NCBI GenBank assembly: GCA_947630745.1
Contig: CANRIT010000001.1
Location: 30,732 to 94,731 of the forward strand
DNA from: an uncultured Clostridia bacterium
GTDB lineage: Bacteria > Bacillota > Clostridia > Christensenellales > UBA1242
Direction of reading: 5' to 3'
DNA: 64,000 bases
The notes under the pieces were generated by a model, which was not told the origin of the DNA, did no database searches, and worked only from the letters and a program-made list of their open reading frames with translations. Of this stretch, positions 1 to 7,115 are shown in pieces. Made by a program: the position numbers and the translations under genes. Position 1 is the first letter of the stretch. Every line of letters begins with the position of its first letter.

Positions 1-68
1 ATGGAATATCTTATTTCATATAAACCATCTTTTCTTTTTCTAACATGAACTTCTCTTTTCGATTTCAT
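1..68 (-). CDS. tyrosine recombinase/phage-integrase-like protein, first 22 codons only (gene runs off the window)
   Basis: Reverse complement of 1-68 reads MKSKREVHVRKRKDGLYEIRYS. It is preceded by AAGGTGG (74-80). The basic RKRKDG.YE.RY N-terminus resembles integrase arm-binding domains. The fragment is too short for certainty. Confidence 0.4.
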   Translation of the reverse strand, partial: MKSKREVHVRKRKDGLYEIRYS

Positions 69-272
69 AATAACCACCTTTTAAATTTTTAAAAATTTAG
101 GGTAAAAACGAATTGATTTTTTATTTTCGTTGTGCTATAATAAAATTGTTACACGACTTAGGATACATTCCTATATACTTAATACTATTATATAGGATAT
201 TTTCCTAAATGTCAACTAAAATTTAGGAAATTTTCCAAAATTTTTTAAATTTTTTTGTGAAAAGGGGGTTAT

Positions 273-836
273 ATGGAGTTAAATAATCCAACTGATAAGA
301 TCATTTATCTATTTGAAAATAGTAAGAAAAGTTATAATAGCATACTAAAAGAACTGAAATTGTCACCTACGGCATATAATGAGTGGAAAAAAGGAAAATC
401 TAAACCAACTATTAAAGCAATAAACAAAATTGCAGATTATTTTAATGTAAGCACTGATTATATTTTTGGAAGAACAAATAACCAAAAACCAGATTATCCA
501 AAGATAAAAATTGAAAATAACTCATTTGATATGACTTTTTGGACTAATGAAAAACTAAATCTGGCGTTAGAAAATATAAGTAAATTGATTGATTTTCTAA
601 ACAGCAACACATTACTTAAAGAAAATTTATCAATTTATGTAAATGCAGTGCTAACAAACTTAATAAAACTACAAGCAATGTTTTGCGGAATAAAAAATAA
701 TGACTATTTGAAAGATATTCCACTAATTGAACAAAAAGGATTTATAGGTTATTTAGAATATAAACAAAAACATGGAATTAAAGAAGAAAATATAAATAAT
801 TTAATATATGATGAACAAAAAGATAAAAAGGACTAA
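273..836 (+). CDS. XRE-family helix-turn-helix transcriptional regulator with a C-terminal extension
   Basis: N-terminal HTH_3-like sequence (LKLSPTAYNEWKKGKSKPTIKAINKIADYFNVSTDYIFGR). GGGGG RBS lies before the ATG. Confidence 0.8.
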   Translation: MELNNPTDKIIYLFENSKKSYNSILKELKLSPTAYNEWKKGKSKPTIKAINKIADYFNVSTDYIFGRTNNQKPDYPKIKIENNSFDMTFWTNEKLNLALENISKLIDFLNSNTLLKENLSIYVNAVLTNLIKLQAMFCGIKNNDYLKDIPLIEQKGFIGYLEYKQKHGIKEENINNLIYDEQKDKKD

Positions 837-840
837 ACAC

Positions 841-1095
841 CTATTTCTCATTTTTATTTGTAAATTGACTTTTTAAGTAATCTTTATATTTAATATAACT
901 AATTGTAAAGTTACAATCTAAATCACGATGACTACACCATTTTAAAAAATCATCAATAACTTTTATAATGCCTTCATAAGTATCGAAATTTATTAAGCAA
1001 AAATTATCATAATTTTTTTTCAAATCAAAAAATTTTTTTCTATAATAATTATTATTGTTATTATTCTGCCGATGATTAAATCTTTCAAATAACAT
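841..1095 (-). CDS. hypothetical protein (element-borne)
   Basis: ORF trimmed to the ATG preceded by GGAGG (MLFERFNH...). Start lies 1 nt from the stop of the upstream ORF. No family recognised. Confidence 0.5.
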   Translation of the reverse strand: MLFERFNHRQNNNNNNYYRKKFFDLKKNYDNFCLINFDTYEGIIKVIDDFLKWCSHRDLDCNFTISYIKYKDYLKSQFTNKNEK

Positions 1096-1096
1096 T

Positions 1097-1384
1097 TTAA
1101 TCCTCCAAATCATTAAAAACATCATTTAAAGCGCTATAATCTATTGTTGGTATATCATCTCTAAAATCGACTTTAACCAACCTGGAACTAGCAAAGACGC
1201 CCAATATGTAATCAATATAACGATTATACGCGGACAACAATTCTTTATAATCGTCATCTTTCAATGTTGATTTCAACTTGTAAATGATTTTTTCTAAATC
1301 ACTGCACAAACCACCCTTATACAAATCATAAGAGTTCATAATTTGTTTTAATACACTTAACTTTTTATAAAAAATATCATTCAT
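1097..1384 (-). CDS. hypothetical protein (element-borne)
   Basis: ORF trimmed to the ATG preceded by AAGGAG (MNDIFYKK...). No family recognised. Confidence 0.5.
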   Translation of the reverse strand: MNDIFYKKLSVLKQIMNSYDLYKGGLCSDLEKIIYKLKSTLKDDDYKELLSAYNRYIDYILGVFASSRLVKVDFRDDIPTIDYSALNDVFNDLED

Positions 1385-1397
1385 AGAAAACTCCTTT

Positions 1398-1787
1398 TGC
1401 GACATTAATTTTAATTTTTGCGACACCGTGCGACAATTATAAATCATCAAAAATAATCTATTTTATAGTGGTGCGCGACGATGCGACGCAGTTAAGGGGT
1501 AACAATTTTTCTTATATGTTACAGCAATGTTACACTTTTGTACCCCCAAAAAACATCTATAAAATAGTGTCATGTTACAATGTTACGCAGTTAAGGGGTA
1601 ATACTACACCCTTAACTGCGAAATTGTGTTTTTATATTTTTAAATTACGGTGTACTAGTGCTGACAAGTTGACCACATTACCACATAAATGTGGAAATGC
1701 TGGACAACTTTTGGATAAGTGGAAAAGTCAAACAAATAAGCAAAACGACTTTACCACTTAACCACAACACTATGGATAAGTGGATAA
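1398..1787 (+). repeat. non-coding iteron block; candidate replication origin or operator region of the element
   Basis: TGCGAC occurs four times (1398, 1419, 1429, 1482) plus CGCGAC at 1474. CGCAGTTAAGGGGTAA occurs twice (1487-1502, 1586-1601), the second forming a 12-bp hairpin with 1608-1620. ATGTTACA repeats at ~1516-1585. Three 8/9 DnaA-box matches in one orientation: 1710-1718, 1771-1779, 1779-1787. Confidence 0.45.
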
Positions 1788-1862
1788 CCCTAAGGGGAAA
1801 AATTAAAGCGGAAGGGTTACCCACTAATCCACACCGGAATAATGTTGGCAATACCAAAAAAA

Positions 1863-2108
1863 TTAAAAACTAGACCAAACCACTTTTAATTGCTGATTTT
1901 TATCTTCAAAAGTGCCAATGCTCTCATAAATTTTGACAATCATATCCTTATATGTAGGATTTAACTTACCATTTGGCAAAGTCAATACAAAAAATGCTTC
2001 ATCAAAACTTTTATGAGCCTCTGGCATAAAAGTGTTTTTAAAAGCAACATAATAAACTTTTTTTACATTGGGTTTAAAATCTTTATTAAATTTAATAACA
2101 TTACACAT
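1863..2108 (-). CDS. hypothetical protein (element-borne)
   Basis: 81-aa ORF with an AAGGAG RBS. No family recognised. Confidence 0.55.
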   Translation of the reverse strand: MCNVIKFNKDFKPNVKKVYYVAFKNTFMPEAHKSFDEAFFVLTLPNGKLNPTYKDMIVKIYESIGTFEDKNQQLKVVWSSF

Positions 2109-2147
2109 AATAACTCCTTATATATTTACTTAAATTTTTGCAAGAAC

Positions 2148-2171
2148 TAGGGTAAAATTTAGGGTAAAATT
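2148..2171 (+). repeat. perfect tandem 12-mer TAGGGTAAAATT x2, next to the tRNA-Ser 3' end
   Basis: Read directly from the sequence. A related TAGGGTAAAAAC lies at 98-109 beside the integrase start. These may be recombinase arm-type sites. Confidence 0.5.
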
Positions 2172-2230
2172 AAAAATAAGACTAACGAAACTCATTCGCT
2201 AATCTTATAAAAACTATGCTAAAAATAGTA

Positions 2231-2318
2231 TGGCGCAGAGAACAGGATTTGAACCTGCGGAGGCTTGCACCTCACACGATTTCCAATCGTGCTCTTTAGA
2301 CCGCTCAGACATCTCTGC
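2231..2318 (-). tRNA. tRNA-Ser (anticodon GGA), long variable arm, CCA encoded
   Basis: Reverse complement is GCAGAGATGTCTGAGCGGTCTAAAGAGCACGATTGGAAATCGTGTGAGGTGCAAGCCTCCGCAGGTTCAAATCCTGTTCTCTGCGCCA. It has a 7-bp acceptor stem, anticodon loop TTGGAAA, a long variable arm and T-loop GTTCAAATC. Confidence 0.9.
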
Positions 2319-2335
2319 ATAATCGCTGACGCTTT

Positions 2336-2364
2336 ATTGTAGCATAAAAATTTTTAAATTGCAA
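2336..2364 (-). promoter_or_regulatory. sigma-A-type promoter of tRNA-Ser
   Basis: On the minus strand: TTGCAA, 17 nt, TACAAT. The -10 element ends 17 nt before the mature tRNA 5' end. Confidence 0.55.
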
Positions 2365-2444
2365 CACTTTGCAAAATTTTGTTGGCAATTATTTTATATT
2401 TGCATTAAAAATGGTTTTTGGTGTATAATTTTTGTGAGGTGGGT

Positions 2445-2855
2445 ATGATTGCAGTGCAAGACAACGATTACACGCTGATGGATGAATTAAAAAATATGTG
2501 CAGCGTTGAAATTTTTGAAAACGGCAACCGCAAAACAATAAACAAAGGCAGCAAAGAATTTTTGTCAATTTACCAAAATTTGAAAGCGGTGTTTTTAAAC
2601 GGCTACTTAACCCCTGCGCTTGGGGTTAGCATTCACACGGAAACAACGCGCGCAATGAAAGAAGGCGATTGGATAAAACTTAATTTTTCGCCCGCACAGC
2701 AAAAAGGCGACCTACCCTTTGACGCGCTGGTTTTTAGATTGGAAAATTGTTACGGTTTCAACCTTATTCGCCAAAACGGCGGTCAACTTAGCGGGCGCTG
2801 TTTGTACTTTAATTTAAATAACGAAACCGATTTAAAAGATATAATTAAATTTTAA
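2445..2855 (+). CDS. hypothetical protein
   Basis: ORF trimmed to the ATG after GAGGTGG. No family recognised. Confidence 0.55.
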   Translation: MIAVQDNDYTLMDELKNMCSVEIFENGNRKTINKGSKEFLSIYQNLKAVFLNGYLTPALGVSIHTETTRAMKEGDWIKLNFSPAQQKGDLPFDALVFRLENCYGFNLIRQNGGQLSGRCLYFNLNNETDLKDIIKF

Positions 2856-2907
2856 CTTTGTTTTTATGTAACAAAATATTGCGTAATAAATTATTAATCG
2901 CAATTTT

Positions 2908-3429
2908 TTATAAATTATTGTTGAAATTTTTATATAGTTTGTTGCTGGAAAATTCTACAAGTTTTGTTTTGTTGTTTATTAAGTCGGTTTTTGATTGCAA
3001 AATATCCAAAAATCTATCTTCATTTTCCGTGCGCAGTTGGGCATAAAAATTTATGCTGCGAGTTGGATTTTTTATTTCAAAACAACACACATCACTGCCC
3101 GATTCTGCCCAATATGCGCACCCGCACTTTTTTGCGTGAGCCAAAAAGTTTGAAACATTCTGTCCGCAATTTACATCTTTTACTAATGCCAAATTTAAGA
3201 TATACTCCTTGTCGTCTGGGCAAAATTTTAGCACAATCTGCTTGCCTTTAAACTGGTGGAACTCAAGGTAAAAATCTTGGTTAAACAGCTTAAAATCCAC
3301 CAAATCTTTTGTGTATTTTAAGCACGCGGGCGGGATTGATTTGCACATTTTGTTATAGTATTTTAAAAAATCTTGGTTGTTGACGCACAGCAAGTTTGTT
3401 AAACTATTAAATTCTTTGTTAAAAATCAT
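2908..3429 (-). CDS. hypothetical protein
   Basis: ~173-aa ORF. No clear SD sequence and no family recognised. Overlapping plus-strand ORFs look spurious. Confidence 0.5.
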   Translation of the reverse strand: MIFNKEFNSLTNLLCVNNQDFLKYYNKMCKSIPPACLKYTKDLVDFKLFNQDFYLEFHQFKGKQIVLKFCPDDKEYILNLALVKDVNCGQNVSNFLAHAKKCGCAYWAESGSDVCCFEIKNPTRSINFYAQLRTENEDRFLDILQSKTDLINNKTKLVEFSSNKLYKNFNNNL

Positions 3430-3512
3430 CAATAATATTTATGCCAAAACTTAAATTTTGTTTATTTAACAAGTTTGGCGGATTTGGATTATATAAGTTT
3501 TAAGGAGAATTT

Positions 3513-3806
3513 ATGCGAAAAACCATCACCATTTGTGACAACAACAATGTTGCAAACAAATTTTTAACTGTTCAAAACTGCCGTGAAGACATCATCGGCG
3601 AACTGGATGCAATTATTCAGTACGAAAACCACTATTACGCCACAGACGACCCGTCCGCAAAGGCCACAATTTTGGACATTGTAAACGAAGAAAAACTGCA
3701 TGTCGGGCAACTTTTTGGGCTGCTTTTTAAACTTGACCCAACCAGCCAAACCCAGTTTGAAGCCGGCCTTAACGAATTCTACAAAAACGACCAGCGCCCA
3801 AACTAA
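3513..3806 (+). CDS. small ferritin-like protein (EncFtn / rubrerythrin-like four-helix family)
   Basis: 97 aa with an AAGGAGA RBS. Pattern GELDAI.QYE.H....DP.....L.DI..EEK.HVGQL..LL..LDP matches the E...ExxH di-iron half-site layout of encapsulated-ferritin-like proteins. Confidence 0.55.
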   Translation: MRKTITICDNNNVANKFLTVQNCREDIIGELDAIIQYENHYYATDDPSAKATILDIVNEEKLHVGQLFGLLFKLDPTSQTQFEAGLNEFYKNDQRPN

Positions 3807-4089
3807 AACATAAAATAAATAAAAATAATTCAAAAAATCAATAAAAAATATAAAAATATTGGTAAATTTAATTAAAAAACATAAAAAATTTAATAAAAAA
3901 TAAATATAAAGTAATTTTCTTTTATTTAAAATAGGCTTTAAAATAGATTTTTTGATGATTTATTAAAAATTATTAGTTTTTTCGTGCAAATTTTAATAAA
4001 AATAAAAAAATTTATTAAAAATTATATAAAAACCAATAAAAAATGCCACAAAAATGGCAAAATTTAATTATTTTTTATTATTTTTTAAT

Positions 4090-5106
4090 TTACAAACTTA
4101 AACTTGGGTTAGGTTGTAAGGTCATGTCGGCAAGTGGGATGCCACCAATATATGAATAATAGGCTGCCGAACCAATCATCGCGGCGTTATCTGTGCAGTA
4201 ACTAAGGTTTGGCAGATAGCATTCAATGTTTTGTGCCTTGGCCGTGGATGAAAGTTGTTCGCGCAACTGCTGATTTGCGCTTACTCCGCCCGCGAGCACA
4301 ATTTTGTTTATTCCATATTGTTTGCATGCCTTAATGGATTTTTCCACAAGCTCATCCACCACCAATTTTTCAAAACTTGCGCAAATGTCGGCAGTTGGGA
4401 TTTGCTCGCCGCGCTGTTCAAGTGTGTGAATGTAGTTAATAATTGCAGTTTTTTTGCCGCTGAAGCTGAAATTATAGCCCAAATTGTCATTTTGCTTATA
4501 AAAAGTTAAATTATCCTTGCCAATTTTTGCAAGTTTATCAACCTTTGGTCCACCCGGGTAGCCAAGCCCAAGCACGCGCGCAACCTTATCAAAACTTTCA
4601 CCCACCGCATCGTCAAGTGTGGTGCCAATAATTTGGTGGTGATTGTAGTCGTTAACCTTAATAATTGCCGTATGCCCGCCGCTGACCAGCAAGCAAATGA
4701 AAGGTGGTTTTAAATCGGGATAGGTAAGGTAGTTGCTTGCAATATGCCCATAAATGTGATTTACCGCAATAAGTGGCTTTTGTGTAGCATAGGCGAGCGC
4801 TTTGCAATAGCTTACCCCGACCAGCAGCGAACCAATCAGCCCCGCGCCGTATGTAACCGCAATGGCATCAATATCGTCAAGCGTTAAATTTGCCACTTGC
4901 AACGCCTGCTTAACCACATTGTCAATTGCAGTGATATGGTTTCTGCTTGCTACTTCGGGCACAACCCCGCCAAACCGAGTGTGGATATCAATTTGGCTTG
5001 AAACAATATTGGATAGACAAACTCTGCCGTCAACCACAACGGCACAACTTGTTTCGTCACAACTGCTTTCCACAGCCAAAATTTTAAATCCGCTTTTAAC
5101 TTCCAT
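4090..5106 (-). CDS. tsaD: tRNA N6-adenosine threonylcarbamoyltransferase
   Basis: 338 aa. Kae1/TsaD hallmarks: ILAVESSCDETSCAVV, IAVNHIYGHI, LLVSGGHT, YCTDNAAMIG. Confidence 0.95.
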   Translation of the reverse strand: MEVKSGFKILAVESSCDETSCAVVVDGRVCLSNIVSSQIDIHTRFGGVVPEVASRNHITAIDNVVKQALQVANLTLDDIDAIAVTYGAGLIGSLLVGVSYCKALAYATQKPLIAVNHIYGHIASNYLTYPDLKPPFICLLVSGGHTAIIKVNDYNHHQIIGTTLDDAVGESFDKVARVLGLGYPGGPKVDKLAKIGKDNLTFYKQNDNLGYNFSFSGKKTAIINYIHTLEQRGEQIPTADICASFEKLVVDELVEKSIKACKQYGINKIVLAGGVSANQQLREQLSSTAKAQNIECYLPNLSYCTDNAAMIGSAAYYSYIGGIPLADMTLQPNPSLSL

Positions 5107-5206
5107 ACTGCACCATTATATATCATTTCAAACAAAAAGGCAAATATATTCGTTTTAATTTTTATTAAGATATTTTTCGCCTCTTCCATCTACATTATGA
5201 TAAAAA

Positions 5207-5346
5207 CAGGCAAATTGCCCGCGCTGGTGTGCCCAAAGGGGGAATAGCGTTAAGAAACAACAACTGCTTGTTGTTTTAGCGTAATTCCGGGAGCGCTTTA
5301 GCGCGGTCCGCCCGACAGATGGTTGAACCCCGGGGTTCAAATCGCT
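5207..5346 (-). other. tRNA-Arg trailer: 106-nt insert of T-arm-derived palindromes, a second copy of the tRNA 3' end, then an intrinsic terminator
   Basis: TGGTGTGCCCAAAGGG at 5225-5240 exactly repeats 5347-5362. 18-nt perfect palindrome TTGAACCCCGGGGTTCAA at 5323-5340. Hairpins GCGCTAAAGCGC and AACAACAAGCAGTTGTTGTT. On the minus strand, terminator CGGGCAATTTGCCTG plus TTTTT follows the second CACCA. Confidence 0.6.
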
Positions 5347-5423
5347 TGGTGTGCCCAAAGGGATTTGAACCCCCAACCTTTGGCTCCGGAAACCAACGCT
5401 CTATCCAGTTGAGCTATGAGCAC
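5347..5423 (-). tRNA. tRNA-Arg (anticodon CCG), CCA encoded
   Basis: Reverse complement is GTGCTCATAGCTCAACTGGATAGAGCGTTGGTTTCCGGAGCCAAAGGTTGGGGGTTCAAATCCCTTTGGGCACACCA. Cloverleaf folds with anticodon loop TTCCGGA. Confidence 0.9.
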
Positions 5424-5433
5424 ATACAATCTA

Positions 5434-5462
5434 ATTATATCCATTAAATAAAAAATTGTCAA
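5434..5462 (-). promoter_or_regulatory. consensus sigma-A promoter of tRNA-Arg
   Basis: On the minus strand: TTGACA, 17 nt, TATAAT. The -10 element ends 10 nt before the tRNA 5' end. Confidence 0.6.
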
Positions 5463-5521
5463 TAACAAGTGGTGGCAAATTTAAAAAATCGCACAATAGC
5501 GATTTATATCTGTTTTATTTA

Positions 5522-6067
5522 TTAATTTTTATATAAATTAATTATTTGTTTGTGTTTTTGTTTGGCATATTTGTATGCCAACGCTGTGCCGCTTTTTGGT
5601 TGATAAAAAACAGCATCGTGTTTACTAAACTTGCGCATTGGCGGAAGATAGTTTTTGTTATAGTAAAACACGCAAACATCGCAAAAATCAATCATTGCTT
5701 GGTTGCGTTCAACATAACTTGCTCTACCCGCACAATATTTATTCTTAAACTCATTCTCTTGCTCGAACGCCTGCAAAGAAATGTCTTTTTTGAAAACTTT
5801 ACGGAATGTTTCTTCCGTTTTTTCTTTTTCACTTTCCAAGCAAAATCCTTCATATGCGCAAGTAAAATTCACCCGCACAATTTTTGTATATTTTTCTTTC
5901 AACTCGGACACAATCTCATAACACAAATCATTAAAATCACTTTTGCTACCAAACGCAAAAACATCAACCCCACTAATGATTAATTTTTCAATCGTATCTC
6001 TTAACCTTTCCTTAACCGCATCCAACCCATCAATCTTTCTATGTCCAATAAAACAACATTTTTTCAT
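5522..6067 (-). CDS. SLOG-superfamily protein (DUF1273/YpsA-YoqJ-like Rossmannoid)
   Basis: ORF trimmed to the ATG after GGAG (MKKCCFIGHRK...). CFIGHRK followed by an ISG..VFAFGS.SDFD-type pattern resembles the GHR motif family. The assignment is from memory only. Confidence 0.45.
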   Translation of the reverse strand: MKKCCFIGHRKIDGLDAVKERLRDTIEKLIISGVDVFAFGSKSDFNDLCYEIVSELKEKYTKIVRVNFTCAYEGFCLESEKEKTEETFRKVFKKDISLQAFEQENEFKNKYCAGRASYVERNQAMIDFCDVCVFYYNKNYLPPMRKFSKHDAVFYQPKSGTALAYKYAKQKHKQIINLYKN

Positions 6068-6194
6068 AAACGCTCCACAACCACCCATTTCTGGGATATA
6101 TCCTTTATTATACTCGTATGAAAACAAAAGTCAAGGATATATCCCCGAGAATTTAAATGACACAATGATAAAATTCATATAAAGGATATATCGT

Positions 6195-6431
6195 ATGAAA
6201 GTTGTAAGTGTAATAACAAAAAGAATTTTAGAATTGTGTAACGAACGCGGAATCACTCCAAACAAATTGGGTACAATTTCTGGTGTTGAGCCAAGCACAA
6301 TTACCAGTATATTTTATGGCAAAAGTAAAAATCCTGGGATTGTAACAATTAAGGCGTTGTGCGATGGACTAGGCATCTCGCTTTATGAATTTTTCAACAC
6401 GCCAGAATTTAAAATGATGCTAGAAGATTAA
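6195..6431 (+). CDS. XRE-family HTH transcriptional regulator
   Basis: 78 aa, HTH_3-like (RILELCNERGITPNKLGTISGVEPSTITSI), with an AAAGGA RBS. Confidence 0.8.
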   Translation: MKVVSVITKRILELCNERGITPNKLGTISGVEPSTITSIFYGKSKNPGIVTIKALCDGLGISLYEFFNTPEFKMMLED

Positions 6432-6655
6432 TTGATTAAATAAAACTTTTGCTTTGCTTTTGTTTATTTTTATCTAAAACGAGAATAAATTTTAAAAAAA
6501 TAGGCAATAAATTAAATATTGCTTATTTTTTTATGATTTTTTTAGTATTTTTACATGTTTTTTATTAATTTTTACAAATTATTTATTATTTTATGATTTT
6601 ATTAATTAAACACAATACAATTTTTGTAAAGATAATTGAAACTAGCAAATAGGTA

Positions 6656-6862
6656 TTAGTTTTCTAACCCTATTAGATAATCGGATGAAACTTTAAAATA
6701 GAGCGCGATATTGTAAAGTTGGTCGATGGTTGGGGTCATTTTGCCGTTTTCCCAGCGTGAAATTGTTGCATGCGTAACTTTTAATATTTCAGCCAATTTT
6801 GTTGTGGATAATCCATTTTCCGTCCTTAATTCTTTTAATCTTTCACAAAATAATTTTATCAT
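6656..6862 (-). CDS. XRE-family HTH transcriptional regulator
   Basis: 68 aa. Classic Cro/C1 pattern: LKELRTENGLSTTKLAEILKVTHATISRWENGKMTPTIDQLYNIALYFKVSSDYLIG. Confidence 0.85.
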   Translation of the reverse strand: MIKLFCERLKELRTENGLSTTKLAEILKVTHATISRWENGKMTPTIDQLYNIALYFKVSSDYLIGLEN

Positions 6863-7019
6863 AAACTTTCCTTAAATTTTTAATATTATATAAAAAGTCA
6901 ATAGAAAAATCAATTATTTTAATATTTTGTTTTGTTTTTACTTAAAAAATAGATGATTTTAAATGTTTTCGCTCATTTTTGTTAGATTTTTGTTGTTTTT
7001 TCAATCATTTTATCTTTGT

Positions 7020-7060
7020 CTTGGATTTTTGTTACTTTTTATCCCATAAAAAGTAAAAAT
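7020..7060 (-). repeat. AT-hairpin motif copy 1 (sense: TTACTTTTTAT-GGG-ATAAAAAGTAA CAAAAA.CCAAG), 60 nt 3' of spoIIE
   Basis: 11-bp perfect all-A/T stem with a GGG loop at 7032-7056. The flanks are shared with copies at 9531-9571 and 20507-20543. Confidence 0.8.
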
Positions 7061-7115
7061 TGACCCCCAAAAAAACAAAACAAAGAAAAAGTAAAAACAA
7101 AAATAAAAAGCAAAT

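Larger units (their letters stand above)
1..2230. mobile_element. end portion of an integrated element (phage/ICE-like) abutting the 3' end of tRNA-Ser; continues beyond the left edge
   Basis: Integrase N-terminus at 1-68(-). Divergent XRE gene. Three small RBS-supported orphan ORFs. A ~400-bp non-coding iteron/DnaA-box block. TAGGGTAAAA motif near both ends (98-109; 2148-2171). Visibly more AT-rich than 2400 onward. The element stops at the tRNA 3' end (2231). Confidence 0.45.

Noticed and set aside
1468-1873. Six-frame ORFs 1468-1761 and 1691-1873 as protein-coding genes.
   Set aside because: There is no SD sequence. The sequence is dominated by direct and inverted repeats (TGCGAC, CGCAGTTAAGGGGTAA, DnaA-box-like words). 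The translated products are low-complexity and unlike any family.
4044-4059. Hairpin TGCCA-CAAAAA-TGGCA as the tsaD terminator.
   Set aside because: It has only a 5-bp stem in a long A/T tract. It is plausible but too weak to list as a feature.
5155-5376. ORF 5155-5376 (minus) as a gene.
   Set aside because: It overlaps the 3' part of tRNA-Arg, the duplicated tRNA end, the palindromes and the terminator.
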